Shown piece after piece: positions 37,706 through 47,867 of a stretch of 64,000 nt of DNA (the stretch's first letter is position 1; every line of letters starts with the position of its first letter). This DNA is from Bacteroidia bacterium (lineage in GTDB: Bacteria; Bacteroidota; Bacteroidia; Bacteroidales; VadinHA17). The notes below the pieces were generated by a model. The model made no database searches, was not told the DNA's origin, and was given only the letters and a program-made list of their open reading frames with translations. Made by a program: the position numbers and the translations under genes. The stretch spans positions 32,001 through 96,000 of the forward strand of contig JAPLDX010000060.1 in the NCBI GenBank assembly GCA_026391215.1, read 5' to 3'.

Positions 37706-39181
37706 TTAATATGATCTGGCAAAAAGGACTCTTCTTTTTGAAGGCTTGCCTGAATAGATGCATTTGCCATCCTCCTCGGGTGATTCAAACGGGATGCACC
37801 TGATGGTCGCCTTTGTCTCATTCTTTATCTTTTCTTCGGTCTCGGCTGTACCGTCCCAATGAGCCATAATGAACCCTCCCTGATTATCCAGAATATTCAC
37901 AAATTCATCCCATTTATCAACATAGAAAGTATTGGCCTTTTTGAATTCTGCTGCCTTGACATATATATTTTTTTGGATATCATCCAAAAGAGTCAGGATG
38001 TGATCCGTGATATTGTTCACCGGTATGCTTGTTTTTTCAAGGGTGTCTCTGCGAGCGACCTCGACTGTACCCTGCTCAATGTCGCGCGGCCCTATTGCAA
38101 GACGCACCGGCACTCCTTTTAATTCATAATCAGCATATTTCCAACCGGGTGTATTATTGTCCCGGTCATCATACTTAACCGAAATGCCCTTTGCCTGGAG
38201 ATCCGGCTTTATTTTATTTACCGTTTCCGAAATCCTGGCAAGCTGCTCAGCATTTTTGAAAATCGGAACGATAATCACCTGGATAGGAGCCAGGCGTGGT
38301 GGTAGAACTAGTCCCTTATTATCGGAATGAGCCATTATAAGAGCTCCTATCATCCTGGTCGATAAACCCCATGATGTTGCCCAAACATAATCAAGCTTAC
38401 CGTTTTTATCGGTGAACTGCACATCAAAAGCTTTAGCAAAATTTTGTCCCAGAAAATGACTCGTACCTGCCTGAAGTGCTTTGCCATCCTGCATGATGGC
38501 TTCTATTGCATAAGTATCAATCGCACCTGCAAAACGTTCAGTTTCAGATTTATAACCCTTGATTACCGGAAGTGCCATAAAGTTCTGTGCAAATTCAGAA
38601 TAAACATTGATCATCTTTTCAGTTTCTTCAATTGCCTCTTCACGGGTGGCATGTGCAGTATGCCCTTCCTGCCAGAGAAATTCAGAGGTTCTGAGAAAAA
38701 GCCGGGTCCTCATTTCCCACCTTACAACATTACACCACTGATTGATGAGAATTGGCAGATCCCTGTACGAATGGATCCAATTCTTATATGAGTTCCATAT
38801 TATTGTTTCAGAGGTGGGACGTATAATCAGCTCCTCTTCCAGTTTTGCCGAAGGATCAACAATAATTCCACCTCCATTTTCATCCTTTTTAAGACGGTAA
38901 TGAGTTACGATGGCACACTCTTTTGCAAAGCCCTCTACATGCTTAGCTTCCTTGCTGAAAAATGATTTTGGTATGAAAATCGGAAAATAGGCATTAACAT
39001 GCCCCGTAGCCTTGAACATCTTATCAAGTTCAGCCTGGATCTTTTCCCATATCGCATAGCCATAAGGCTTAATGACCATGCATCCTCTCACTGCTGAATT
39101 CTCTGCCAGATCTGCCTTGATTACCAGATCATTATACCACTGCGCATAATTCTCATCCCTGTTTGTTAAAAACTTTGCCAT
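37706..39181 (-). CDS. proS: Proline--tRNA ligase (archaeal/eukaryal type)
   Basis: [54 protein letters not shown]-terminus. Confidence 0.97.
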   Translation of the reverse strand: MAKFLTNRDENYAQWYNDLVIKADLAENSAVRGCMVIKPYGYAIWEKIQAELDKMFKATGHVNAYFPIFIPKSFFSKEAKHVEGFAKECAIVTHYRLKKDENGGGIIVDPSAKLEEELIIRPTSETIIWNSYKNWIHSYRDLPILINQWCNVVRWEMRTRLFLRTSEFLWQEGHTAHATREEAIEETEKMINVYSEFAQNFMALPVIKGYKSETERFAGAIDTYAIEAIMQDGKALQAGTSHFLGQNFAKAFDVQFTDKNGKLDYVWATSWGLSTRMIGALIMAHSDNKGLVLPPRLAPIQVIIVPIFKNAEQLARISETVNKIKPDLQAKGISVKYDDRDNNTPGWKYADYELKGVPVRLAIGPRDIEQGTVEVARRDTLEKTSIPVNNITDHILTLLDDIQKNIYVKAAEFKKANTFYVDKWDEFVNILDNQGGFIMAHWDGTAETEEKIKNETKATIRCIPFESPEEDGKCIYSGKPSKRRVLFARSY

Positions 39182-39186
39182 TACTT

Positions 39187-39201
39187 TGGTACACTATTTG
39201 A
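39187..39201 (+). promoter_or_regulatory. sigma54-like -24/-12 motif
   Basis: TGGTAC-ACTAT-TTGA, 60 nt upstream of the 39262 ATG. Confidence 0.45.
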
Positions 39202-39261
39202 TTTATTATATTTGAATTGCATATGAAAGCGTAAAATTAAAAAATAAACAGGAGGTTCAAC

Positions 39262-40581
39262 ATGAAAGCAAGATTTTACATCGGAATAATATCAGCCCTG
39301 CTGCTCGCGGGTTCACCGATGGCAGCTCAGTTTGCTGATGATGACTTTAGAAGTAATGACGCCGGAACGGTAATAAATAATTATTACTATGATGATTATG
39401 ATTATTACTTCGCGTCAAGGATAAACAGGTTTCACAGGTCATATGCGGCTTTCGAATATTATTCTCCTGTGTTTACTGAAACGTACTATTATAACTATAG
39501 TCCCTACTCCTGGGGCGTAAGTATCTATGGAGGCGGTGGTTTCGGATTCGGCCTGGGATACTCTTACAGATACCCGGTCTACAATTATGGATGGTACGAT
39601 CCTTACTATGGAAGCAGCTATTACTACGGCTATGATCCTTTCTACTATGACTGGTACGCGCCGGTTATAATCAATATAAATGTAAGGAACAGATGGAGAC
39701 CCAATTACTGGGGATGGAACGGATATGATCACGGGTACTACGGACACAACCGCTGGTACAACGACTACAGACCGGTTTACCACTCCTACAATAACTATAA
39801 CTACTATTATAACAACCAGGCCAGGTATTCTTCAAGAGAATTTTCTGATCGCAAGGGATCTCCGGAATATAACCGGTCAAATCCAGGCGGCCCTTCAAGA
39901 CGTGAAGGTACTCCGGCTCCAGGATCACGCAGCGTATATGACAGTAACAATGGCCGTATATCCAATAACAATGCCCAGAATGGTGAAATGAGAAGAAATC
40001 CTTCATCCGGTGACAACAGGGGACAGGGTAATAACAACAACAACGGCAACAACGGCAATAATGGTAATAACAGTAATAACGGGAACAACGGCAATAACGG
40101 CAATAACAGTAATAATACCAATAATGGTAATAACAATAACAGCCGTCTGGATGGCAATAATGGGAATTTTAAACAGAACGACAGCAACAGGGGTAACAAC
40201 GGAAACAACAGAAACAGCAATACTGATGGAAACAGCGGAAATTTTGGAAACAAAGGCAATCCCACTGGAGATGTCAGGAAAGAACGGGTAGCTCCCACAA
40301 CGTTACCGGCAAACAAAAGAGTGGAACAGGCTGCACCGGTCAGGAATCCAGTTGATGTCAGGAGACCGGCAGCCACATCTTCAAGGACCCGTACCACAAT
40401 ATCCCAGGGACGGCCTTCTTCATCATCCAGGGGAACGTCAGTATCAAGCGGAAGAAGCTCTTCCTCAAGATCCTCAGGTTCAACATCAAAATCATCATCT
40501 TCAAAATCATCATCCTCAAAATCGTCATCCTCAAGATCATCCTCCTCAAAGTCTTCTTCCAGTGACAGAAGCAGGAGGTGA
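39262..40581 (+). CDS. Secreted low-complexity protein (Tyr-rich, Asn/Gly-rich, Ser-rich tail)
   Basis: Signal peptide, YYFASRINRFH motif, NNG repeats, SSS tail; AGGAGG RBS. Confidence 0.85.
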   Translation: MKARFYIGIISALLLAGSPMAAQFADDDFRSNDAGTVINNYYYDDYDYYFASRINRFHRSYAAFEYYSPVFTETYYYNYSPYSWGVSIYGGGGFGFGLGYSYRYPVYNYGWYDPYYGSSYYYGYDPFYYDWYAPVIININVRNRWRPNYWGWNGYDHGYYGHNRWYNDYRPVYHSYNNYNYYYNNQARYSSREFSDRKGSPEYNRSNPGGPSRREGTPAPGSRSVYDSNNGRISNNNAQNGEMRRNPSSGDNRGQGNNNNNGNNGNNGNNSNNGNNGNNGNNSNNTNNGNNNNSRLDGNNGNFKQNDSNRGNNGNNRNSNTDGNSGNFGNKGNPTGDVRKERVAPTTLPANKRVEQAAPVRNPVDVRRPAATSSRTRTTISQGRPSSSSRGTSVSSGRSSSSRSSGSTSKSSSSKSSSSKSSSSRSSSSKSSSSDRSRR

Positions 40582-40605
40582 GACAAAGGGACAGAACATA
40601 AAAAG

Positions 40606-40636
40606 GGACATGCTTCGGCATGTCCTTGTTTTTTTT
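40606..40636 (+). terminator. Rho-independent terminator with cUUCGg tetraloop
   Basis: GGACATGC-TTCG-GCATGTCC followed by TTGTTTTTTT. Confidence 0.85.
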
Positions 40637-40681
40637 ATTATATTTGATAATTATTAGCTATCAGGTTTTTTTGAAGATATT

Positions 40682-40696
40682 TGGTACAATATTTGC
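40682..40696 (+). promoter_or_regulatory. sigma54-like -24/-12 motif
   Basis: TGGTAC-AATAT-TTGC, 33 nt upstream of the 40730 ATG. Confidence 0.55.
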
Positions 40697-40729
40697 GCGT
40701 ATTAAAGAAAACAAAAGAGGGAATCAAAT

Positions 40730-42037
40730 ATGAAAGCAGTAAAATACATATCAATTCTTTTAATCCTGGTTCTGGGGTCCTGTTCATCAGGCCTTTATAC
40801 AGGATTTGAGTATGATGACCTTTACTATCTGCCTTCTGATAAACCGATAACAAAGGTTCAGTCTCCTGTATCAAAACAGATTGCTGAGGGAGATCTGAAG
40901 GCTGAGGAGTATTATGACAACATATATGCTGCTGATACCCTCGTATCAGATGATTATTCTGATGCAATTGATTATAACAATGCAGAGTTTAACGATAATT
41001 ATAGCGGCACAGAATACAACTATTATGATAATTACTCCTATACAGGAAGATTAAGAAGATTCTATGGCAACTATTTCTACCCATACTGGAGAGATCCTTC
41101 CTATTACAGCTATGGATGGCCATCAATGAGTTTCGGCTACGGCAACCCATATTCATTTTACGATCCCTTCATGTATGATCCTTTTTATTCCGATTACGGA
41201 TATTACGGATACGGAAGCTATTATTCACCATGGTCCTATGGCGGTTATTACAACCCGTACTACTACTCTTCCTTCTACAATCCCTATTATGGTAACTGGG
41301 GGTATTCCAATGCAGTTTACAACAGGGATTACAATAATTCCATAGCTTATGGAAGAAGGGAAAGACAGAGTACATACTCTACAAAGTGGAACAATAGCAT
41401 GCAGCCTTCAGCTTCATCAAGGCGTGATGGCTACATTTCCAAGGGAACATCTGCAGATGGTGTCAGACGATCACCTTCAGGAAGCTCAAACGCTATTGCA
41501 AATGATACAAGGAGAACTGTCTCAACAATCGTTAATAATCAGCAAGCCCTTAATGCTGCCGACAGGAAAGTTGATCAGAGTGCATCCAAAACTGCAACCA
41601 CACGGAGCACCACCGTATCCAAGCCGGAATATAATACCGTAAACAGGACTTATACACCAAGTTACAGCAATCCTCGTATGAGCACCAGACCTTCTTACAA
41701 TAACAGCAGGGTAAGTACTGAAAGTTCAGGTTCCGGCAATTACAGGAGCAGTAATGTAAGAACCAGTCCGTCAGTATCAGCAGGACAAACCAGATCGTCA
41801 GTACCTTCATATAACAATAATGCGAGCACCTATTCAGCTCCCTCAAGAAGAAGCTCAGGCGGATCGTATTCATCGGGAGGCTCGTATGGCTCTTCCTCAA
41901 GCAGGTCCTCATCATCATATAGCGGCGGATCTTCAGACGGGGGAGGATCAAGAAGCAGTTCTTCAGGAGGAAGCTCATCATCTTCCAGCTCTTCTTCAGG
42001 ATCATCATCAGGTTCATCTTCCGGGGGAAGGAGATAG
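40730..42037 (+). CDS. Low-complexity lipoprotein (Tyr-rich then Ser/Gly-rich)
   Basis: Lipobox LGSC, EYDDLYY, YSYTGRLRRFY motif, long Ser/Gly tail. Confidence 0.85.
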   Translation: MKAVKYISILLILVLGSCSSGLYTGFEYDDLYYLPSDKPITKVQSPVSKQIAEGDLKAEEYYDNIYAADTLVSDDYSDAIDYNNAEFNDNYSGTEYNYYDNYSYTGRLRRFYGNYFYPYWRDPSYYSYGWPSMSFGYGNPYSFYDPFMYDPFYSDYGYYGYGSYYSPWSYGGYYNPYYYSSFYNPYYGNWGYSNAVYNRDYNNSIAYGRRERQSTYSTKWNNSMQPSASSRRDGYISKGTSADGVRRSPSGSSNAIANDTRRTVSTIVNNQQALNAADRKVDQSASKTATTRSTTVSKPEYNTVNRTYTPSYSNPRMSTRPSYNNSRVSTESSGSGNYRSSNVRTSPSVSAGQTRSSVPSYNNNASTYSAPSRRSSGGSYSSGGSYGSSSSRSSSSYSGGSSDGGGSRSSSSGGSSSSSSSSSGSSSGSSSGGRR

Positions 42038-42119
42038 AAGTAATTGAAATATGATAAGTGGAATATAGTTCATTCTTTTAATGGAGTGTTGGAATGCTTT
42101 TAAGAAAAAAGTTACAATT

Positions 42120-43610
42120 ATGAAGAAATCAGCTATAGTTTTTATGATAATGCTGGCAACTCTGACACAAGGTTTTGCCCAGCTTGCCGATGATGCTTTA
42201 AGATACTCCCAGTTATTCTATACGGGAACGGCAAGATTCATGTCAATGGGAGGAGCATTTACAGCCCTTGGCGGAGACATCTCCTCTCTAAGCCAGAATC
42301 CAGCAGGTATTGGCGTATTCCGTTCATCTGAGATAAGCATTACCCCTCAGTTGTTCCATATTAAAACCATTGCCGGACTGAATGGAACAGCTACATCCGA
42401 CTATATATATAATTTTAACCTGGCACAGGCAGGAATGGTCGCAAATATTGTTGACAACGATACGGAAACCGGACTTGTTTCCCTGAATTTCGGATACTCT
42501 TTTAATAAGACAAATAACCTGAATCAGAGCATTATAGTAAATGGTTACAGCGACTATAGTTCTTTGGCTGATCTGTGGACTGATAAGGCCGACGGAATAT
42601 ACAAGGACGAATTGATCAACGATGCTCCCGAATCTTACCTTGCATGGTCAACCTGGATCATTGACTCTCTCTCAGGCTCAAATACACATTATGGAACAGT
42701 CTTCTCAAACTATGGCGATAATCCTCCCTCCATTTACGGGCAAAATATGAACCGTCTGGTAAGTTATGAAGGATATACCGGTGAACATGCACTTTCGGTG
42801 GGGGGTAACCTTTCAAACAAGCTATATTTCGGAGCTACACTTGGCATCAGCCACCTGACCTACTCAAGCCAGTATGAACATGTTGAATCAACAGATGTCA
42901 GTTTACCTTCGCAATTTGAGAACTTCGATTATACATTCTTTTACAGTAACCAGGGAACAGGTTTCGGATTGAAACTGGGTGCAATTTACAGACCTCTGGA
43001 AATATTGCGGATTGGCTTTGCTTTCCACTCCCCGACAGTGTATAAGATCAATGAATATGTTTATGATAATATAACTTCGCATTTTTCAGATGGCGGAGGA
43101 TACAGTGAATCAAATTCACCGGTCCGCTATAGCTATGGTCTTACAACACCTTTCAGGGCAATGGTAGGAGCAGCTGTGCAGATCAAGAAGCTTGCACTTG
43201 TAAGCCTTGATTATGAGTTTGTTGATTACAGCACCGCAAAGTTCTCAGAAACAGGCGATGGTTATAATTACAGTGAAAAAAATTCGATTATCAGAAATAC
43301 TCTCAGATCAACTTCAAACCTGCGCCTTGGAGCAGAATTCCGACTTAACAAGCTTTACCTGAGAGGTGGATACGCATATTATGGGAAGGCATGGGAAAAG
43401 GATGATCTGAATGGTGACCTTAACTATAACTCTATTTCTTTCGGAGCAGGATTCCGGGAACAGAATGTTTTTATTGATTTCGGTTTTACAGGCATGATGA
43501 ATACTCATAATTATGTTCTGTATGATACAACTGTAGAGACCTTAATCTCTAAAATGGATATCAACAGGAATACGTATTCCGTCACTTTTGGCTACAAATT
43601 TGGCTACTAA
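42120..43610 (+). CDS. OmpP1/FadL family outer membrane transporter
   Basis: DALRYSQ..GTARFMSMGGAFTALGGD..NPAG hatch; C-terminal FGYKF strand. Confidence 0.88.
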   Translation: MKKSAIVFMIMLATLTQGFAQLADDALRYSQLFYTGTARFMSMGGAFTALGGDISSLSQNPAGIGVFRSSEISITPQLFHIKTIAGLNGTATSDYIYNFNLAQAGMVANIVDNDTETGLVSLNFGYSFNKTNNLNQSIIVNGYSDYSSLADLWTDKADGIYKDELINDAPESYLAWSTWIIDSLSGSNTHYGTVFSNYGDNPPSIYGQNMNRLVSYEGYTGEHALSVGGNLSNKLYFGATLGISHLTYSSQYEHVESTDVSLPSQFENFDYTFFYSNQGTGFGLKLGAIYRPLEILRIGFAFHSPTVYKINEYVYDNITSHFSDGGGYSESNSPVRYSYGLTTPFRAMVGAAVQIKKLALVSLDYEFVDYSTAKFSETGDGYNYSEKNSIIRNTLRSTSNLRLGAEFRLNKLYLRGGYAYYGKAWEKDDLNGDLNYNSISFGAGFREQNVFIDFGFTGMMNTHNYVLYDTTVETLISKMDINRNTYSVTFGYKFGY

Positions 43611-43631
43611 TACTTTGTTTGACTTCCTTGG

Positions 43632-43668
43632 AAGAGGCTGTTTCAGTTAAGACAGCCTCTTTCTTTTT
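43632..43668 (+). terminator. Rho-independent terminator
   Basis: AAGAGGCTGT / ACAGCCTCTT stem followed by a T-rich tract. Confidence 0.8.
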
Positions 43669-43676
43669 ATTTCATC

Positions 43677-44450
43677 CTATATCTTTTTTACCAGGGCGCT
43701 TCCGTTTTTGTCAGGCATAGGTACCGGTGACTCAGCTTTTTCTCTGAAAAACTCTTCAACAGCTTCATGTGCCCCGCTCCAGGTATTATAATCATGAATG
43801 ACCATATAGCCTCCCTTGCTCATCCTGGGATAAAAGAAATTCAGGGCAGCCAGCGTGGGCTCAAATAAATCCATGTCTATATGGATCAGTGAAAATGATC
43901 TTTCACTGAAATTCTCCGGTATCGAACCCGGAAATACCCCTTCAACAATCATAACATTATCATTTTTTGGTTTTATAAAACTGATTACGTCCTGTGCACC
44001 GGCGGATTTAAAATGACTTTGAATAGAATGACCTGTTCTGTCTTTTTCAACAGCAAGGTCATTCTTATCAAATCCTCCGTATGTATCAAACAGATATAAC
44101 ATTCTCTCAGGAACATAATAGTGTATAAGCTTTGCAGTAAAACCTTTATAAACCCCTAATTCAACAAGATCTCCCTTGACCTGATTCATCAGGATATCTT
44201 TTAATAGAAGGATCAGCATATCCCTGCGAACTATATCCCATGGCGTTTTATAGGATACTATTTCTCTCTTGATACTGTCATTTAAAATATAGAATCCTCC
44301 TGTTTTCTCAATAAACCTTAAATTGTAATATCTAGATTTTGGATGGATATCCATCTGGCTTTGCAGGTAAAATGACTGATCTGCAAATGATTTTGAGAGA
44401 TGCTGCAACAGCCTGCCAAAAATTTTATCTATATTAGGTTTAGTCCCCAT
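43677..44450 (-). CDS. TylF/MycF/NovP-family O-methyltransferase
   Basis: GDLVELGVYKG, LFDTYGGF, IHIDMDLFEP, VIHDY. Confidence 0.88.
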   Translation of the reverse strand: MGTKPNIDKIFGRLLQHLSKSFADQSFYLQSQMDIHPKSRYYNLRFIEKTGGFYILNDSIKREIVSYKTPWDIVRRDMLILLLKDILMNQVKGDLVELGVYKGFTAKLIHYYVPERMLYLFDTYGGFDKNDLAVEKDRTGHSIQSHFKSAGAQDVISFIKPKNDNVMIVEGVFPGSIPENFSERSFSLIHIDMDLFEPTLAALNFFYPRMSKGGYMVIHDYNTWSGAHEAVEEFFREKAESPVPMPDKNGSALVKKI

Positions 44451-44538
44451 TGAATAAACAGTTTGAAACAGTTGCTAATATAATTACAAATTGATAAGGA
44501 TTACTGAATGAGGTTCTTAAATTTCATAAGAGCAGGAT

Positions 44539-45144
44539 CTAAAGGTAATGCAGAGCATCTCTTCCAATATTGAAAATCAGGTCAACAATGCTTAGTCCTG
44601 GCACAAAAACCTTTCCGTTAGTGAAAACCTGCATATATTTTTTTGCAATATAGCCGGATTCTTTTTTTGGATTGATTGAATACCTGAAATCACTTTCGGA
44701 AATTCCAACAGGCATGAAATCAGTTGTATAGGATATATTTGCTTCAATGTTGATCATTTTCAGGACAGCTTTCAGCAGATCCATATTGAGGTCGAGAAGA
44801 AATTCATAATTGGAAAGAATTATTTTTTCAATGTTCTCATAATAATGGATGAAATAAGGAGATGATTTATATGATGCAGTTAAAGCACGAAGGTGAACCT
44901 GCTGCCATCTTTTGGAATAATCTATCCTTATCTCCCTGACAGGTGTCTTATGAATGCTTCCCAGATATACCGGAACAGTGAGAAGTTGCGGCCCGGAGGC
45001 TGAAAGAATATAGCAGCGATTGCGGTATGATTGCTTCAGGTAGTTTTCTTCTCTTTCAATAAGAGCCTCCTCAGTATGTATTATATGAGAAAAGTATTCA
45101 ACGGGAGGCAGGTAAGCTGAAGACAGTAATATATTACTGGCCAT
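44539..45144 (-). CDS. WbqC family protein
   Basis: YLPPVEYF, KQSYRNRC, LTVPV, YKSSPYF, LSIVDLIFNIG. Confidence 0.88.
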   Translation of the reverse strand: MASNILLSSAYLPPVEYFSHIIHTEEALIEREENYLKQSYRNRCYILSASGPQLLTVPVYLGSIHKTPVREIRIDYSKRWQQVHLRALTASYKSSPYFIHYYENIEKIILSNYEFLLDLNMDLLKAVLKMINIEANISYTTDFMPVGISESDFRYSINPKKESGYIAKKYMQVFTNGKVFVPGLSIVDLIFNIGRDALHYL

Positions 45145-45892
45145 AATTCATCCTGTTGATCATGCTTGCCGAGAAACCGGCTCCAAAACCATTATCAATA
45201 TTTACCACTGTTACTCCTGCTGAACAGCTGGTAAGCATTGCAAGAAGTGCAGAAATACCTCCGAAGCTGGCACCATAACCCACACTTGTCGGGACAGCAA
45301 TTACCGGTTTGTCGACCAGCCCGCCTACGACGCTGGCAAGAGCTCCTTCCATACCTGCAATAACAATTATTACGGCGCAGCTTCTTATTTCCGGTAGTTT
45401 ATCTACCAGCCTGTGGATCCCGGCAACACCTGCATCATATATCCTGATAACTTTATTGCCAAGAAGCTCTGCTGTGATAGCAGCTTCCTCTGCTACCGGA
45501 ATATCTGATGTGCCTGCTGTAATGACAGCTATAGTGCTTTCAGGAGCTTCCGGTTTTTCCTTCTGAACGGAAATGATCCTAGCCTCTTTGAAATAAACAG
45601 CCTGCGGAATAATATTTCTGACAGAATAGTACATTTCAACAGTAGCCCTTGTGCCAATGACATTGTTCTCTTTTTCAACCATAACTTTGAATATCCCCAT
45701 AACCTGTTCATTGGTCTTGCCGGCGCAATAGATTATTTCGGGATATCCTGTCCTTATTTCGCGGTGGTGGTCAATCCTGGCATAACCTAGATCTGTATAA
45801 GGGAATGTTCTGAGCTTTTCAAGAGCTTCTTCCGTGCTAATGGTTCCGGTATGGATATCCACAAGCAGTTTTTCAAGTTCTTTTCCTGTCAT
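45134..45892 (-). CDS. larB: Nickel pincer cofactor biosynthesis protein LarB (NaAD carboxylase/hydrolase)
   Basis: ARIDHHREIRTGYPE, AGTSDIPVAEEA, DAGVAGIHRL, AGMEGALASV, PTSVGYGA, SCSAGVTVVNIDNGFGA. Confidence 0.95.
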   Translation of the reverse strand: MTGKELEKLLVDIHTGTISTEEALEKLRTFPYTDLGYARIDHHREIRTGYPEIIYCAGKTNEQVMGIFKVMVEKENNVIGTRATVEMYYSVRNIIPQAVYFKEARIISVQKEKPEAPESTIAVITAGTSDIPVAEEAAITAELLGNKVIRIYDAGVAGIHRLVDKLPEIRSCAVIIVIAGMEGALASVVGGLVDKPVIAVPTSVGYGASFGGISALLAMLTSCSAGVTVVNIDNGFGAGFSASMINRMNYGQ

Positions 45893-46692
45893 GATTTTTC
45901 TTTTTCACAATCCATACTCCCGGTTCTGTACCCCTCGAGGTCCAAAGATATGTATCTGAATCCGATTTTTTTCAGATCGCTTACCATAAGTTCCCTGCCG
46001 GGATCATGAATTATCTTTTCAATATATCCTGGCAAGCATTCAATTCGGGCGATATCATCATGCATCCTTACCCTGGTTCCCGGATAACCACGTTCAAACA
46101 AAAGATCTTCAGCTTTCTCAATCATCTTAAGCATTTCCGCGGTCACCTTTGTATCATAGGGTATGCGAGTAAGGAGGCATGCCATAGCAGGTTTATCCCA
46201 TAGCGGCAGTCCTGCCCTTTGTGATAATCCCCTGATATCACTTTTCGTCAGCCCGGCCTCTGACAGAGGACTCATTATGCCCAGTTCCCTGAGAGCCTTG
46301 AGTCCTGGTCTGAACTCGCCTGTATCATCAGCATTGGTGCCGTCAATGACATATTTAAAGTTGTTTTTTCTGGCAAAAGCCAGTATTTCGCTGAAAAGAG
46401 TTTTTTTACACAGATAACACCTTTCTGTTGGATTGTGCCTGATGCTCTCTGGAAATTCCAGATCGATAATTTTATGATCAATACCCTGTTTTTCTGCAAA
46501 TTCAGCTGCCTCGCTTATCTCCCTTGCAGGGATATATGGTGTCCGTATTGTGACAGCCATTATACTGAGGCCGCTCAGCGATTTTGCCCTGTAAGCAAGA
46601 AAAGAACTGTCTACGCCTCCAGAAAATGCTATAACGAATGATTTGAGATCCTGTAATACCGAATCGAGCTTTATGGACTTGTTTTGTATCAT
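45889..46692 (-). CDS. larE: ATP-dependent sulfur transferase LarE
   Basis: PP-loop AFSGGVDS, RCYLCK, DGTNADD..RPG, ACLLTRIP, RVRMH..ARIE, LDLEGYRTGS. Confidence 0.93.
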   Translation of the reverse strand: MIQNKSIKLDSVLQDLKSFVIAFSGGVDSSFLAYRAKSLSGLSIMAVTIRTPYIPAREISEAAEFAEKQGIDHKIIDLEFPESIRHNPTERCYLCKKTLFSEILAFARKNNFKYVIDGTNADDTGEFRPGLKALRELGIMSPLSEAGLTKSDIRGLSQRAGLPLWDKPAMACLLTRIPYDTKVTAEMLKMIEKAEDLLFERGYPGTRVRMHDDIARIECLPGYIEKIIHDPGRELMVSDLKKIGFRYISLDLEGYRTGSMDCEKEKS

Positions 46693-47867
46693 CGTCTTTT
46701 GCTTTTAACCAGATGAGCCATAACATTATTATATACCTCTTTCACCGGTATCCCTTTTTCAAGTGCTATTTTACGGCATTCTTCAAATTCCGGCTTGCAG
46801 GAGACCTCCTTCCCCTGGTAGAAGGAACGCTTAATTTTAACATTTCCATAGAGTGTTCTGACGGTCTCCAGCTTCCTGACAAGGGTATCCTTCCTGAATG
46901 CAAAAGACCTGATGCCAACAGATGTTGATTCCGTGAAAATTATCTTTTTCAGAAGGTCATCTTTACCTTTTTCACAAATCACATTAAGGACATTTCCAGG
47001 TCTCCCTTTTTTCATTATGATGCCCGAAATATAAACATCTGAAGCACCTGCATCAAATAATCTTTGAGATATATGGTCAAAGAATTCCGGATTCATGTCA
47101 TCAATATTGCATTCAAGGAGAAGCGCCTCATGACCTGCTTCATTATCTTCACTCTCTCCAAGGAAAACCCTGAGAAGATTAGGCACATCCGGATGATCTT
47201 TCTGCCCGACTCCATATCCTGTTTTTTCAGTCTTGAATGCAGGGAGAGGATTGAAGTGTGTCCCGATGGTGGCTAAAATAGCAGCTCCCGTAGGAGTCGT
47301 GGCTTCAAAATCAACGCCTCCTTTTCTTACAGGTATTCCTTTTATTATTTCAGCTGTTGCAGGAGCAGGAACAGGAAGCCACCCATGATCGCATTTTACG
47401 AAACCGCTGCCCAACTCAACCGTGGAAACAAATACGGCATCAACCCTGAGCTTATTAAAACAGATTGCAGCACCAACAATATCAACAATAGAATCAATTG
47501 CTCCGACTTCATGAAAATGGACCTCATCGGAAGGTATGCCATGGACTAAAGCCTCTGCTTCAGCTACCTTCATAAATATTCTTATGCTAAGCTCTTTAGT
47601 TTTCTTGTCTAACCCTGATTCATTGATAATCTGTTCAATGTCAGAAAGATGCCTGTGTATTTTTTTGGATTTTGTCTGAATTACGGTAACTTTTGTTCCA
47701 TTAATACCATGTCTATGGTCTCTTTCTGCAGTCAGTTTCCATCCTTTCACATTCAGCATATTCAGCTGATCCAGCAGATATGACTCATCAATCCCAAGAT
47801 CTATCATAGCACCAAGATTCATATCGCCGCTTATACCTGAGAAACAATCGTAGCAGAGTATCTTCAT
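46689..47867 (-). CDS. larC: Nickel insertase (cyclometallase) LarC
   Basis: DCFSGISGDM, VHFHEVGAIDSIVD, HGWLPVPAPAT, TPTGAA, ECNIDDMNPE, MKKGRPG, KPEFEEC. Confidence 0.95.
   Translation of the reverse strand: MKILCYDCFSGISGDMNLGAMIDLGIDESYLLDQLNMLNVKGWKLTAERDHRHGINGTKVTVIQTKSKKIHRHLSDIEQIINESGLDKKTKELSIRIFMKVAEAEALVHGIPSDEVHFHEVGAIDSIVDIVGAAICFNKLRVDAVFVSTVELGSGFVKCDHGWLPVPAPATAEIIKGIPVRKGGVDFEATTPTGAAILATIGTHFNPLPAFKTEKTGYGVGQKDHPDVPNLLRVFLGESEDNEAGHEALLLECNIDDMNPEFFDHISQRLFDAGASDVYISGIIMKKGRPGNVLNVICEKGKDDLLKKIIFTESTSVGIRSFAFRKDTLVRKLETVRTLYGNVKIKRSFYQGKEVSCKPEFEECRKIALEKGIPVKEVYNNVMAHLVKSKRR

Noticed and set aside
39807-40586. 259-aa antisense ORF (poly-Leu/Pro, Asp/Glu-rich)
   Set aside because: Mirror of the low-complexity Asn/Ser codons of the plus-strand gene
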